From contig AP024681.1 of NCBI GenBank assembly GCA_025999335.1, positions 227,656 through 291,655 on the forward strand: 64,000 bases of DNA. The letters are read 5' to 3'. Positions within the stretch are counted from its first letter, which is position 1. Each line of letters starts with the position of its first letter. Origin of the DNA: Candidatus Parcubacteria bacterium (GTDB taxonomy: Bacteria > Patescibacteriota > Minisyncoccia > UBA6257 > HR35). Made by a program: the position numbers and the translations under genes. Below the pieces are notes generated by a model, which was given only the letters and a program-made list of their open reading frames with translations, searched no databases and was not told the origin of the DNA. This document shows positions 63,745 to 64,000 of this stretch, in pieces.

Positions 63745-63999
63745 TTATCGCGACATAGGCTTGGTTTTGGTAAATATATGCAAATGACTACCGGTCCAAT
63801 CTTTTGATCCTTTTATGCGTCTTTCATCTAAAACAAAAAAACCACTTTCTAAAGATGCCTCAATGGCTTTTTGCCATCTCTCGTCATCTGGCGGTAGTTT
63901 TTTGCCTGACTCATCCACTATAATCAAATCAATAGCTGTTCCAAAAACAGTATGAGATTTTGAACTATGATCGCCAGCTGAATAACCATCAGTAATTTT
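63745..63999 (-). CDS. C-terminal part of a protein with an M15/Hedgehog-like Zn-peptidase domain (runs off window end)
   Basis: Frame is open to the window edge: KITDGYSAGDHSSKSHTVFGTAIDL...DWTGSHLHI (SxH..G.A.D and HxH). Confidence 0.6.
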   Translation of the reverse strand, partial: KITDGYSAGDHSSKSHTVFGTAIDLIIVDESGKKLPPDDERWQKAIEASLESGFFVLDERRIKGSKDWTGSHLHIFTKTKPMSR

Positions 64000-64000
64000 A

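Overview
AT-rich (roughly 25-30% GC by eye), gene-dense chromosomal segment. It most likely comes from a Patescibacteria/CPR (Parcubacteria-like) bacterium; this is an inference from the divergent housekeeping genes, the many type IV pilins, the secG-SBP linkage and the CPR-type ATPase/partner pair. TGA is used as a stop, so the code is 11. The window holds about 65 CDSs, mostly core translation, replication, chaperone and peptidoglycan genes, plus four tRNAs (Thr-GGT, Leu-CAG, Ser-GGA, Gln-TTG), nine pilin-like genes in three loci, a PilM-PilN-like fusion and two decayed tRNA-targeted insertion sites. No rRNA, CRISPR array or intact mobile element was seen. The most striking unexplained signal is regulatory. 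I found no Shine-Dalgarno sequences at the gene starts I inspected. Instead a (G/T/A)GTCG motif followed by an almost G/C-free spacer lies 24-33 nt upstream of the start codon of typically abundant proteins (groES, groEL, hsp20, the major pilin, HU, KhpA, bS21, bS20, uS7), in three cases embedded in the upstream gene. This suggests a non-SD translation-initiation or leader element. Other notable items are a catalytically degenerate iPGM, pilus genes translationally coupled into the str operon, a relocated rpsR, and a Cys-to-Asp MurA.
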